A stretch of 64,000 bases of DNA from Eimeria praecox (Eukaryota): contig OY986946.1 in NCBI GenBank assembly GCA_963920595.1, positions 4,836,001-4,900,000 on the forward strand, read 5' to 3'. Shown in pieces: positions 28,101-40,671 of this stretch. Each line of letters begins with the position of its first letter. Within the stretch, counting starts at the first letter, position 1. The notes beneath the pieces are model-generated. The model was not told the origin of the DNA, did no database searches, and saw only the letters and a list, made by a program, of their open reading frames with translations. The position numbers and the translations under genes were made by a program.

Positions 28101-29414
28101 GCAGACCAAAGCGTTACACAATTATGATTCCTGGTGCCGCACAGGTGAATGCACTATTCCAAAATGGCTATTTGGGAAGCCGATGCTATCCTCGCGCGAC
28201 GGCATGCAGCACGCGCAAATGCCCCAGTGACAGGTTGATGGCTTGCATGCGCACCGAATGCCCCATTTGCACCAGTGCAGCAAGCGACTTGGCGAAACGA
28301 GCGATACATCAGGACGTGCTTTCCGTGCATGAAACACGCTTTGCTCGGTTTCTCGATCGAGAATGGAGAGGTCCCACTCACGATCTGCGCACAACTCTTA
28401 CACGAATTGCGAAGAAAAGGCTAGCAAATGCCCTACGATAAAACGCCATATGCAGCTTCAGTATGCATCTGTTCAAGCAGAAAGCTGGGTTAATTTGAAA
28501 TGTTGAACAACCCCAACCTCCACACAAATTTAAGCCCACATATGTAGATTGAATCTGAAACTATATGCTCTGCTATTTAACGAAGCCGCCGAGGGCTCAA
28601 ATGCACATGCGAGCCATGCAGCACAATCAGCATTCATATCCACTGACAAGAGCGACTAAAGATCACGCCCCACGTTAGACCTACACTATCAGTATTGTTG
28701 GGATAGCACCAGCAGCTGCACACCTGGAGCTGCTGCGGAGGGCAATTACTGCAAAAAGCAAGTAATTACTACAGCTGCGGGGTGTTAATACACCTGAAAA
28801 GCGCCTCTTGCGCAAAGGCAGAATACCATTCTGCACAGCAAGAGAAGCCAATTCGCCTACGATGCCTTCACTGGCCCAGTTGCCACCTGCTAGGCCTACT
28901 GAAGGAAGAATACATTTCATCGGGATACAGAAGCAATCATAAAGTTCTATACACAGTGGGACATGTTTTACACGCCATCGTAGGAGAGCTGAAGGATGCG
29001 TGTCAGGCAGATAGCACCAAACCGAGCTAAGCACGCAGCTGCTTAGCAGCTGTGGCCGCGCCAGTCCAACAGCCTTGGGATAGCACACACCAATACGCAT
29101 AGTCGAGGACTACGACAAATATGCAGAACTGTTGAAAAAGCGCTGTGGCCATTTCCTGCCAGAGCAGGGCAACGTACTGCCGCATCCGCAATTCATTAAA
29201 CTTCTGACGCTTAACCAAGTGCCACATTGACTTGATACTACTAGCGATGCCCATGGCCGGTCGCAAATCAGTTTCTATACTGGAAGCGTATTGGGACCTA
29301 ATCCAAAGAACAACATACCCTCTGACAGCACAAAGGCGACGCTCCATGAGAACCGAGAGAGATGTGTGCTGCTGCACGTTATGCAGCAAAGGCCAAGCAC
29401 GCATAAACTGAAAA
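25196..29414. repeat. Unit A6, partial (about 4.2 kb of high-identity unit)
   Basis: Marker ORFs at 25461, 27400 and 27956. High identity stops after gcataaactgaaaa at 29414. Confidence 0.93.
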
Positions 29415-30867
29415 CCACTGCTGGGAAGACGCTGGCGTGTGCGCCGCTCGCCAAACAAATTGCTGCCTTTTCGCCAGCGCACAGTTACCTGGCGGCCGCA
29501 CGACCCTATTGTTGCTGCCTCCGCAAACAACTGTTTAAAGTGCTACCTATGCTTAGTGGAAGGCGCAAGATGCAAACAACTCATAGTGGCTTAACACGTA
29601 GTCTCCCCATTCATCTTCCAGAGAATATACTTTGTCTGGCGCGATGTTCTGCAGAAGCAAATACCACTTCATCCTCCTGCCTTTGCTTCAGCGTAACAAA
29701 CCGAACCCGCATCGCATGCGCACCGATCGCGCTTCAAAGCGTGTCCGATAATGCGCGCATTGCTTATTTTCAGTGGACCGCAATGCCGGCTCTCTTGCTC
29801 ACGCCACAGTTTGCTCTCCAAACAGGAGGCTAGCGTTCAGCCGCAGATCAGGCCAAAGGCAGTTCCTGATCAGGCACAAACGCAGGCTTGCGCCTTGTTC
29901 CGGCATATCGCCTGAATGCAAGAGTAGATCCCGACGGATGCGCGCTAACTCAATCCTTTCCAGCTATAGCCAACAGTACGAAGTGCTATGCCTACAGATG
30001 CGGATGCCTATATGCGCCACACGCCGCTCACCCAGATGCCATACGCGGAACCTTCACGCCTTTGCGCCTTTGCTCCCTAGTGGTAAACTACGCCACCAAT
30101 GCATGGAATGCGGCTCAGACGTTCCTCCTACTAGAACTGACCATTCGCTGAAGCTTTCAGGATTCCCATGCATTCTGTTCCAGCCCCCATGGTTCTCACC
30201 CAATACTGATTGATGCTCATACAAACACGTGAACAAACATGCCATTGAAGTGATCCCATCCGCGCAATATTTGACGGGAAGATAGCTCTAGAATATGTGG
30301 CACAAATGATCTTGCACAAAACCGGCACAGAGACAACAGTAAAATGAATTCGCCAGCTACTTCCGTTCTAGCACTTTGTTCGCCATAGCAAAACGACCCA
30401 GCACGGCAAATGGATCTTCTGGAACACGCTGCCTCCTCAATTCCTTGTGAGCTTGACTGGTGTGGCTTGCCGCGTGTGGCTTGCGCTGCAAGGCTAATAA
30501 CCATTACATTTCCAACGGTGTAAAGCAGCTAGACCTACGGCCCCATACAGGCAACAAGTACAGGAGGCTAGCTCCTAGGTCACCAACTCGATTCGCCTTA
30601 CTCCAATGCTATCTCAGCAGTGTAGCCAATTGTGCAACACGTGACAAGGCGACAATGAAAGCCGCAGGTCAGCGTCTCATCAAGACGTTGCTCACGTTCC
30701 ATAGCACCACACCAAGCATGTCACGAACTACACCAGACGGCGCATTCTAGTTACTCCCCGCCGGCAATTCGTATCCCGAACACTCGCCAACACTGCGACT
30801 CCAGCATGGATCTGCTAAGCAAGCCCCTTCCTCTGAAGGGCAAAGTTCTGTGTAAAGCCCTATGGTA
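29415..30867. repeat. Old, diverged copy of the 5 kb unit, in register with array A
   Basis: 29415-29484 aligns ungapped to 4502-4571 with 40/70 matches (hand count). Further colinear anchors: ttcagcgtaacaaacc (~29687 vs ~4752), ctgattgat (30206 vs 5269), tgtggcttgcg..gc.aggctaat (~30475), ctacaccaga (~30728) and ctccagc.tgg.tctgct (~30799). Confidence 0.88.
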
Positions 30868-32718
30868 CACGGGCACTCGAACGCCGCCTCGCATCCTACA
30901 CTCCACATCTCCACCCTTCATACAACACGCCACTAACCCAAACCTAGCACCTGCTGAGTGCCAAATGCTCTCCCACGACATCCATAAAATAAGCCACACC
31001 GCACAATGTCAAAATAACATCTAGCATCAGCTCCCCCTCCACCACGGCCCCCTAGCTGCCCCACTTCGCCAGTCGCACATCCCAGATGCTCGCCGCCAAG
31101 AGATACCCGCAAGGCCCAACGCGAACTGCGCACGGCCACATACCCAACAGCTTGCCACTAAACATGCAGAACCAGGAAAGCGACTATGTGTCTCCGCCAT
31201 CCGTATCAGCACTCAACTCACTTTCTCCTATACACAACGACCGACTCAAACAACTCCTCCGGCATAGCCACGAGCTGTCCAGTAAAGCCGAGACTGCATG
31301 CAGGGCAGACTCCTGGTGCATGCTGTTTCAGCTCATAGGCGCAGTGCCGCAGATTCAACGCATGCTCTTCTGGACACAGCAATCGCCCAAACGTTTGCGC
31401 TCCCAAATGCCAGGAGCTTTCCATGAAATGCAACATGCCTCCCACCCAGCCCTGTCAACGCATGCACTGCAGCACATGCGCCACACATCACGTTCAACAC
31501 GATACAGCCAACAATCAAGCGATAAATACAACACAAACCTAGCACGCCCTACTGCCAAACAAATAACCGCAACCTACTCCATCCACAGTGCCTTCGAAGT
31601 AGTACACTCGCCACACTGTCCTAACGCCCTGCCCCATCCCCTTGGCACTTGAAGCCGTTCCTCAGCAATTAGTCTTAGTCTCCACGGCCACACGAACGCC
31701 GCCTCGCATCCTACACTCCACATCTCCACCCTTCATACAACACGCCACTAACCCAAACCTAGCACCTGCTGAGTGCGAAATGCTTTCCCAGCACAACCAC
31801 CAAGCAAGCCACAACACACAATGCCAAAATAGCATCTAGCATCAGCTCCCCCTCCACCACGGCCCCCTAGCTGCCCCACTTCGCCAGTCGCACATCCCAG
31901 ATGCCTCGCCGCCAAGAGATACCCGCAAGGCCCAACGCGATCCGCGCACGGCCACATACCCAACAGCTTGCCACTAAACATGCAGAACCAAGAAGCGACT
32001 ATATGTCTCCGCCATCCGTATCAGCACTCAACTCACTTTCTCCTATACACAACGACCGACTCAAACAACTCCTCCGGCATAGCCACGAGCTGTCCAGTAA
32101 AGCCGAGACTGCATGCAGGGCAGACTCCTGGTGCATGCTGCTTCAGCTCATAGGCGCAATGCCGCAGATTCAACACACGTTCTTCTGGACACAGCAATCG
32201 CCCAAACGTTTGCGCCCCCAAATGCCAGGAGCTTTCCATGAAATGCAACATGCCTCCCACCCAGCCCTATCAACGCATGCACTGCAGCACATGCGCCACA
32301 CATCACGTTCAACACGATACAGCCAACAATCAAGCGATAAATACAACACAAACCTAGCACGCCCTACTGCCAAACAAATAACCGCAACCTACTCCATCCA
32401 CAGTGCCTTCGAAGTAGTACACTCGCCACACTGTCCTAACGCCCTGCCCCATCCCCTTGGCACTTGAAGCCGTTCCTCCGCAATTAGTCTTAGTCTCCAC
32501 GGCCACACGAACGCCGCCTCGCATCCTACACTCCACATCTCCACCCTTCATACAACACGCCACTAACCCAAACCTAGCACCTGCTGCGTGCAAAATGCTT
32601 TCCCAGCACAACCATCACGCAAGCCACAACACACAATGCCAAAATAGCATCTAGCATCAGCTCCCCCTCCACCACGGCCCCCTAGCTGCCCCACTTCGCC
32701 AGTCGCACATCCCAGATG
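30868..32718. repeat. Tandem repeat, 815 bp unit, about 2.3 copies; + strand is C/A-rich
   Basis: cacgg.cac.cgaacgccgcctcgcatcc occurs at 30868, 31683 and 32498. ORF pairs 31086/31901 and 31642/32457 are offset by 815. Similarity decays from 32719 to about 32840. Confidence 0.95.
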
Positions 32719-33066
32719 TTTTGCGGTCCAAATATACGCACGCCGCCCAAGGAGAACCGAGGACGCCCGCATACCAACAACTTGTCATTCAACGCTCAAG
32801 ATCACTATGCACCTTCGCCTCCTTATTATCAGCACTCACAAAACGTCTTCATATGGATGATGAGCGGCTCAATGACTCATCCGCCAAAGCCACGCCTTTT
32901 CTTTTGCTGCCGAGCCTGCTTATGGGGGAGAGGAGCCATGCGGTCTATTGGTGGCGCGTATAGGCTTAGGGCCGCAGATTAAAACCGCACGCTAGAGGCA
33001 ACAATCGCTTAATCATTTCAGGTGCCTGAGCGCCTGCTGCTTTGCATGATATGCAGATAGGTCCAA

Positions 33067-35202
33067 TACCCAACGATGCATATACAAAGTTGCAAACCGT
33101 TGTCTGCCGCCGCTTTGCGCCGGGCACCCAGCGACGCATCGTTTGCCGTAAAGGACGCCAGTTTAGGTTCGGATGCACTCTCCTCTTGGGAGGTTCTCGG
33201 CCAGACTTACACTCGAGTGTTTGATGCTTCTCAAGCGGCAGGCGCACAAATGGACTTGCGTTCCCTCCTCTCCTTCAACCACATGAGCAGTGCAAACTAC
33301 TCCTTTAGTTTGAAAGGGACGTGAAAGTATCCTCTGCACTAGAAAACTGTAAGGTGGTTTCTCAACGAACATGCCAGCACCACAACACCCCAGCTAGTCA
33401 AAACAGCACAAATGTGTCTCTGCGCCAATGCTCCGGACAGCCTTCCTGCTTGTCGTCAACTGCCACAAATCATATTCGGGCACAAGTGAATGCGCACTTC
33501 CTGACGTATCCAGGCCAGCAGTCGCGCGCCAAAAATAAAGGTGGAGGCATCGCCTGCAAGAAACTACCTAGTGTTTCGTGAGATTGCCTATCAGCAGTTG
33601 GCGCAACGTAGGCAACGATGCTTGAACAAGCCTGCTGACAGCCGGACCTGCGGTCTGCAAACCAAATTGACAACCAAGACATGATGTCTAATTTTGCGTC
33701 TCAGCTACAAACTGTGTGTATTTAGTTGACAAACTGCGAAGGCGAATTGTAGCCTTTTCAAATTATTAACGCGGAGCAGCCTCCCAAAACACCAGCATTA
33801 TGAAGCGGTGTTGTAGTTAGGAAGCCCTTAATATCGAGGCTGACAGCAAGCAGGATCAAAGAAAGGAAACGCCGCACACCGGCACTGTGACAGCTGCACG
33901 AGGCGTACGTTAGGCTGCATGCCTTTTTCAGCAGCTGCGGTAACGCACTCCCTGCATTTTGGTTGATGTCACAATCGCTCGCAGCCTCTGGGGAAGTGGC
34001 GAAGCATCATATACGCCTTCCACATTAACACTTAATTTGTGCCTTCACATTCACAGGCAATGAACGGAAGTCAACATGGAGTAGCAATGCATACACAGAA
34101 ATCCAAAAACGCTTCACCTATAGCTCTTTCTCGTTGGATGCTGCCTTGAGTACCAAGGGAAGCCCTTTGAAATTCCTTCTTTCCGGGCCACGCGGTTTCA
34201 TCAGCTGCGTCCATTCCGCCGGCCGCACGCAAAGTTTGTGGGCCACACAAATGCGTTGAAAGCACCGCTTAGGCGATTCATCCAACAGCATCTCACGATC
34301 TGAACCCCCAGTACACGAGTTTAGGTCGGAACCTCCTCAGCTTCCCTTTCACCTACACTTCGCCCCTTTCCCCTTCCCGCATCCCGACGGTTGCACACCA
34401 GCATTCCCTTCCATACACACCAGGCGTAAGAAGCTCTGCAGAGCCTGCTGCAAGTGTGATGCATGGCCCACTGCTGCGCACTAGTGAACGCCTAGGCCAG
34501 CTGAAAGCCAGCAGTGGCCCCTATGTATCCTATATAGGCTAAAGCTGCGACGCCGCTCCTGGATGGTGCACTTGACGCTACAGGATGGAATCACATTGCT
34601 AGACTGCGCGCAACCGCCAACGACTGAACCCGCACAAACCTCTGACCCCAGCACCCTTCTAGGCCGGCTTGCAAGAAGTATGGACAGCGCTAGACTAGCT
34701 CCCGCTGCCATGCTCATTCATCCCGTTCCACAAGTGTAGCGTACGAGCTGTTCGGAATGCCATGCCGCTAAATGCCCTCAAATCAAGATGCAGTACACTA
34801 CCAAGTACTTCTGCGGAGTCCACAGTAGTGCGAATCAGCAGTCTTACACCCAACCGATAATTGTGCAGGACCACTGTTCAGTGCTCCACTGTCTTAACCT
34901 CAACCGACAACACTACAGGCCTTTTCGTCAGCGTCTAGCAAGGCTGAGCACGAAGAGGGGCACCTGGGAAATATTCTCAACCACACAGGACGCCACGCAG
35001 GCAGACAGGCCCGCCTGCAACAAGCCACACAACCGCGCATAGACTCCGGCTGTCTGTTCACAGGCACAGGCTCTCGTACGCCAAGTGAACATAACAGCTG
35101 CGTCAATGAGCAATGGCGATCGCTGTAGTATATTTTGAGGCATTATGCGTAGGGAAAAGAACAACAAAGCCTGCAATCAGGCCTGGTGGCACATGGAAAG
35201 TA
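33067..35202. repeat. 2.1 kb direct repeat, copy 1
   Basis: Matches 40672-42806. ORF pairs 33076/40681 and 33321/40926 are offset by 7605, and 34788/42392 by 7604. Confidence 0.96.
34363..34385 (-). other. Canonical G-quadruplex-forming motif
   Basis: The + strand reads cccc ttt cccc tt ccc gcat ccc, so the minus strand is GGG ATGC GGG AA GGGG AAA GGGG. Motif only; folding is not demonstrated. Confidence 0.55.
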
Positions 35203-38200
35203 GAGCAAAGTGCCTTGTAAATCCATTTAAGCCTGATCCTGGAGAGTAGAGGGCAGAGCGCAACGGGATGGATGGGGCGATGCTTTGCCACTCTTAGTGC
35301 GACGTGGACGCTCCATTTACTCACGAACGCGGGATTGTATCCGTGGCGCTGGCCAGAACTATAAAGCAAACCGCTCATCCTGGAGCGTCACCAGCGCACC
35401 ATCGCAGTTCGTCACAGCTTCTGCTAGGCCGTTTCACGATCGCCAGGTGCCAGTCAGTCGAGCAAAAGGTAGCTGGCACAGTCACTCCATGTGCATACAA
35501 TTAATGCAGCAGCAACCGTACTGCCTGGTTGGTATGCATGCAAGAAAAATGGCTCAGCATTTCCACTGAAGACGCTGTCAATGCGCCTTTCGCCCTTGTG
35601 GACTGCACTGCACTGCTACTACAGTTCATCTGGGGCGAAATGTGTGAAATGCAAATGGACTGCAGCCAGCAGAAAACGCTTAAACGGGAATATTATTGGT
35701 TGAAGGCCAATGTCGTGCGCTGCTGCCGAGTGCAACCGGACGTAGCAGGTACTAGTAGCCGCTTGCATCGGCACATAACGCAATTACACCAAAGAATAAG
35801 GCTGCTACTTTTGCTACCGCAGGGTTGATGCCAAGCCTCATGCACATACGCGATACATTCGAAGTTCTCCCGAGGCAGAAATAGGCACAAATAGCCTAAG
35901 AAATCCATTTTTGGCTGCTATGCATCGTTACCATAGATGTGTGAAGATGCCAAAGCTGGAACCGCCGCTACAGTCTTAACGAGGCTGCCCAGATAGCGAT
36001 AGTGATGTGTAAAGGTGGCAATAGCACGCTATCAAGCGTTAAGCTTGAAGACTGAAGCAGAAAAGAGTTTGATCTGAACAGAAACCGGTCGTCGAGCAGC
36101 CAACTCTAAGCGGCAGCAAGACTTTAGTTTTCCTGTTCTTTCCACGGACAACCAGAGGAGCATCCCAGAGCCACGCTGTGCGGCAGCGTTGTCGAAGTAT
36201 TCAACGGCCAATGTAAACGAATTCTTTGGTGCAAACGGGTGCAATACACGCTGAAATATGTTCCCATATTCACAGCCACGCCTGGGTTGCACCCTGAGGC
36301 CATCATGAATGCTTCGGCACGATTCCGCACAGCCTTAACGATATCAAGCCAAACAGCTATCAGTGGAGTGTGCTCTCGGACACTGCCTAGTGCAGGTTTA
36401 TGCCGCAGACCGCCTGCGAGAGCCAACAAGCAGCCACTTTATCCCTGGACAGCAGCGCGAAGATGAAGCCTACAACTGCCACGCTATCTTCTTCTCCACG
36501 CAAAGCAATGCATAAGTACTTAGGTGGCGTATCTACGATAAGAAACATAAGCATGCCCGCTGGAGCGTTTGCAGTTTCGCCTGGATCACGTGTATTGTTG
36601 CATGCATTGGTCTGTCACGCACTCGCTGCACAGAATGCCATGTTACAGGCTAATGAACCATGGAACGAGCCGACGTCTCCTGCGCTTCGCAGTACGTTCG
36701 GGGTCACGCGTCGCTAGTAGCTCGACGACGTATTTGCTGTCTCGCCCACACACAACAGGCAAAAGCATATATTAGGCTTTTGTGGCCTGTCAGCGTTGCC
36801 ATCCGCTGGCCTTTTCATGTACTCCTATCCAGGACCCAGCATAATCACGTCCGTCACCTGCTCCCACTACGATCTTATTATTTCGTGGTATTGAGTTGCT
36901 CCTGTCACATTTGCGCGCCGTGATCTTTTGAGAGAACAGATGACAAACGCAGGACTCTCTATCTGCTCAGCCCAGCACAAGCGCTGCACTGTGAGCTGCG
37001 CGTTTTAACAACTCGGCATAATCGGCTTTATAAACTGCTCCGGCTACCCAGTAGTGACGCACACGCTATATACCCCTCGAGTATCGGCAGCGCCTCGTAT
37101 ATCCTTAATTGTTTTGTGTGCTCATTATGCAGCAGGTCATCTTCGGGCAGCATGAAAAGACAATATTTACGCTAGCCAGCTAGCTGGCTGAGCGTGATCT
37201 AGCATCCCTCGGTGCCTCCCTCCCACCTCAAGAACGGTTGTTCATCCCTTGCATCTATGGCTTTGATGATCATGACGCACCTCGCAACACTACATTTATG
37301 CAGCCTAGCAAATCGTTCAGATATCGCAACACTATAAGCAATGCCCTTAAGGCTGTCGTTTTTGTGCGTGTTTACGTTGGACCTCATCACAGTACAGTCA
37401 AACGTTACCCAACACCTATCTAACGTACCGTCTGGCAGCAAGGCCACATACAGGCCGTGGTTGCTGTAACCTCAAGCCAAGCAAGTGAGCAATTGCTTGG
37501 ACCTCAAACAACCGTACGCCAGCACTGAAGGCTGCACTTAGCACGCTTTGAAAGGATAGCAAATCTGAAAGGCAACGGAGACATTGGCGTGAGTCTCAAC
37601 CTACTATCTTTGGGCAGTTTAACACCACCTTTTCAGGCCAGCAAGGCATTTATACACTGTCACCGAGACGTCTACTGAATGCTCTTCTCAGCAATAGCCG
37701 GCGAATGCTATCCCAATGAAATTACTAAATGGAGCAAGGCCAAGTCGGTGGAAATCAGCAAGACCCTGAAAACTGGGAAACGCACAAGCAGCTCATGCCC
37801 ATAACATTTTAACAGCGCGCTTCCAGATAATCCGTGCGCTGACTGACCGCCGCCGTTACACAGCCATCATCACCTGATCTCGACGCGAGGTCCCATTGGG
37901 AGACTGCAGTATTTGTCAAGATTTCGAAAGTAGACCTTAGATACGGCGCACGCCGCACACTTGGGATGCCGATACTACCCACTACTACGCCCGCGTCCGT
38001 GATCGAAACTTGTGCTCAGGGGCTGGTCAGTGAGGCAAATGGTTCCTTCTCCCCTGCTGGAGGCACGAACGGTATCTGCCCTGCCTTCACTTGCCAATGA
38101 CGCGCTTACTAGGAGATGCAGTCAGTTGCATCTCAGCTGCAGTTCCCGCATGAACGCCACCGACGAGGACCATGATTATGACGGTGCCTCTTCAAGCGAT

Positions 38201-40671
38201 TCAGAGGGAAAACCCAAGCTGGAAAACATAAGAGTCCGATGTCCGAACGTTCGACTGACATCCGTAAATGATCTTGTCTCCTGGAAAAGAAGCGAACTGC
38301 CAACTATGTATTTGCGTTTAGTGGTTCCTAAGGTCGTTCTGCCGTGATCGCTAGGGAAGAGCCCCAGTCTTTAAGCGGTGCACCTGCGAAGCAAGTGATT
38401 CCTAAGCTTGTTTCCATTTATTTTTTAATGCATCTAATCCTGTATCCATCTGACCCGTCTTGTCAGCACTTCTGTGCACTCAGTCCCACAGCAACGCACT
38501 AACTACAGAACCAGTACAAGAACCGATTCTGGGTGTTACGATGCCGCAACTCGCCAAGTTTTCGACAGGGCGAAAAACAGTGTTTTTACGCATGCAGAAC
38601 CTTGCACTGAACCCCGACCACTGCAGGCGGTGCAGCGCCAAACGAGTCGTTGGCCATTACCTCACTCGTGAAGACTCAGGCAAGCCCCCATGCAGCAGTG
38701 GACGCTAGGTATCTCATCTTTGCCGCTTGCGCAAACGCTTTATACAACGGCCAAACTGCCATCCCAAAGCCGGATTCTTACCAGGCTACGCAGGGCGAGG
38801 ATTACTGTAGCCATATTCAGGTTCGTTCAGCGATCTGCGAGTCGTTATGACAAAACCTTAAGCGCACATGTATACGCTAGGATAATAGGCAGCATAGCTG
38901 TACTTCAGCTCCCCACCTTAAGCCAAGATGCCATCTCTCTAACTCACAAACTGTCCCCGAAGCATACCATTTTTTCTGGAGCAGCCAATGGGGGCGGTAT
39001 ACTATATTCATTTTTCATTTGCAGAAATAACCAACCGGTACCCAAGGCTCTCTGGCTAGAAGCTGCTACTACATCCTACCGAAGGCGCGAAGATATCGCA
39101 CCACAGTATTGGCAACACACCAGCGGCTGGGCGTAACAAGAAGGCAGGGCAAGTGGATGGAAAGGCACGGGGCCATTTTGTGCCAAGCAAGAGGAGCGCC
39201 GCATCGCTGTGGGATGAATAATGCCATTATCTCTTGAGTCTTTCAGCACCCGAGCCGCCACACCGCAATATTTTGCAGAAGTAACGGCTTGGTAACAAGT
39301 GCAATGCTCCGCAGTGGGTGCTCTCGCTCGTGTGATTCCGTTTCAAAAAAGGGGCTTGGTTTATGCGGCACTGGCGTGAATCTTCACAGTAGGTGCGCGG
39401 CCCCATTTACCGGTGCGCACGGTTTGGCAGGGTTGGCAATGCTAAAAAGGGTGGAGGCAAGCAATCTCAGCCTGAAACATTCTAGTGGTACCTTGCTAAA
39501 ATTGTTCATCCAGCCAGCGCGTTGCTGCGTCTACGCAGTAAGCAGCCACTAGTCGCAGTCCATCGCCTTTCTGTCCGCACCAGGCACTGCAACATCTGTA
39601 CGATGGCTTGAACATGCGTGCAATCCATTTGCCCACACGGCCGTAAAGATGGCAAACCAATCAGCAGCGCAAACGCGCTCATTCATAATCTGTCGCCTTC
39701 CTTGCGAATAGTCGAGGGGCAGCACCGTAACCAGGATCTGGCGCTCCCCGATAGCATTCTCACGAAAAATGAATGAATGAACAAACGAACACCATAATAA
39801 CGAAAGTGCCTTCCCTTTGTTGAACGTACACTAAAACGCTGTTGTAAGCACGCCGTCTTGCAACTTAAAGGCACCCAGATTTCACGCCAAAAAAGGACCG
39901 AAAACATATAACAGGATCTGGTGAGAGAGAAGCGGACACAATAAGTCGTGGAAACCAATTTCAGTGCCGCCTTGCTATTGCAACGTCCCAAGACGGCCGT
40001 CCACGCTGCAGCCAACCGCCGAGTTTATGTGTCTAACCAAATGCTTCCAGCGACGTTCTTGGCCAACAGACCACTTTTAAACGTTACCGCGGTGGTGAAT
40101 ACGGACGCATTCCACGATGAAATATATTGCCGCGTTCGCAGTCGATCCGTGAGGCCAGGCTGAATGCTTCGTCAGCAAGATGCCGCACAAACTTAATCAT
40201 GCCAAGCCAAACAACTACCAGTAGAGCGGGCTCTCTGCAACTGTCAAGTGCAGATGCATGGCACAGACAGCCTATGCGGCCCAGCAAGCATCCACTTAAT
40301 CCTTAGAAAACAACACGAAGTTGCAACGGGCCACTGCTACGTCAGCTTCCTCTCCGTGCAGTCCAACGCACAAGCACTTTCGTGGAGCGTCCAAAGTAGG
40401 AAGGAAGGGTCTGCATGCTTGCACATTGAAACGTCTGCAGTTTGGCACGGGTCGCGTTTCTTGTTGCATGCCGGGCCCGTCACGCACTTGCTGCACAGAA
40501 TGCCACAGTGCGGTCTAAAAAACTGTCCAGTAAGCAGCCACTTTAGTACAGCCCATTGTGCCAAGGAGCACCACATTCTTTTCCAGTTGATCGGGTGCTT
40601 TCCGATGCCCAGAGCACCTAGCCACCTAGTCAGACTCCAGGGCCTCGTTAGCACCTTAGGGCTGCTTTCAC

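Larger units (their letters stand above)
285..29414. repeat. Tandem array A of a ~4.98 kb unit (macrosatellite-like), about 5.85 copies
   Basis: The junction motif gctga(c/t)tgatacgcatggaggc occurs at 285, 5268, 10250, 15230, 20211 and 25196. The ORF track recurs with periods 4983, 4982, 4980, 4981 and 4985. Confidence 0.98.

Noticed and set aside
285..29414. CRISPR array, prophage or other prokaryotic system
   Set aside because: There is no short repeat-spacer pattern, no operon-like ORF density and no recognisable cas or phage proteins. The sequence looks eukaryotic.
30868..32718. 5S rRNA or other RNA-gene tandem unit
   Set aside because: The unit size is suggestive, but I found no recognisable 5S, tRNA or snRNA sequence. 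cacggccacatacc resembles a 5S start only superficially.
37174..37189. 16 bp perfect palindrome AGCCAGCTAGCTGGCT
   Set aside because: About 0.5 such palindromes are expected by chance in ~30 kb of non-redundant sequence, and there is no supporting context.
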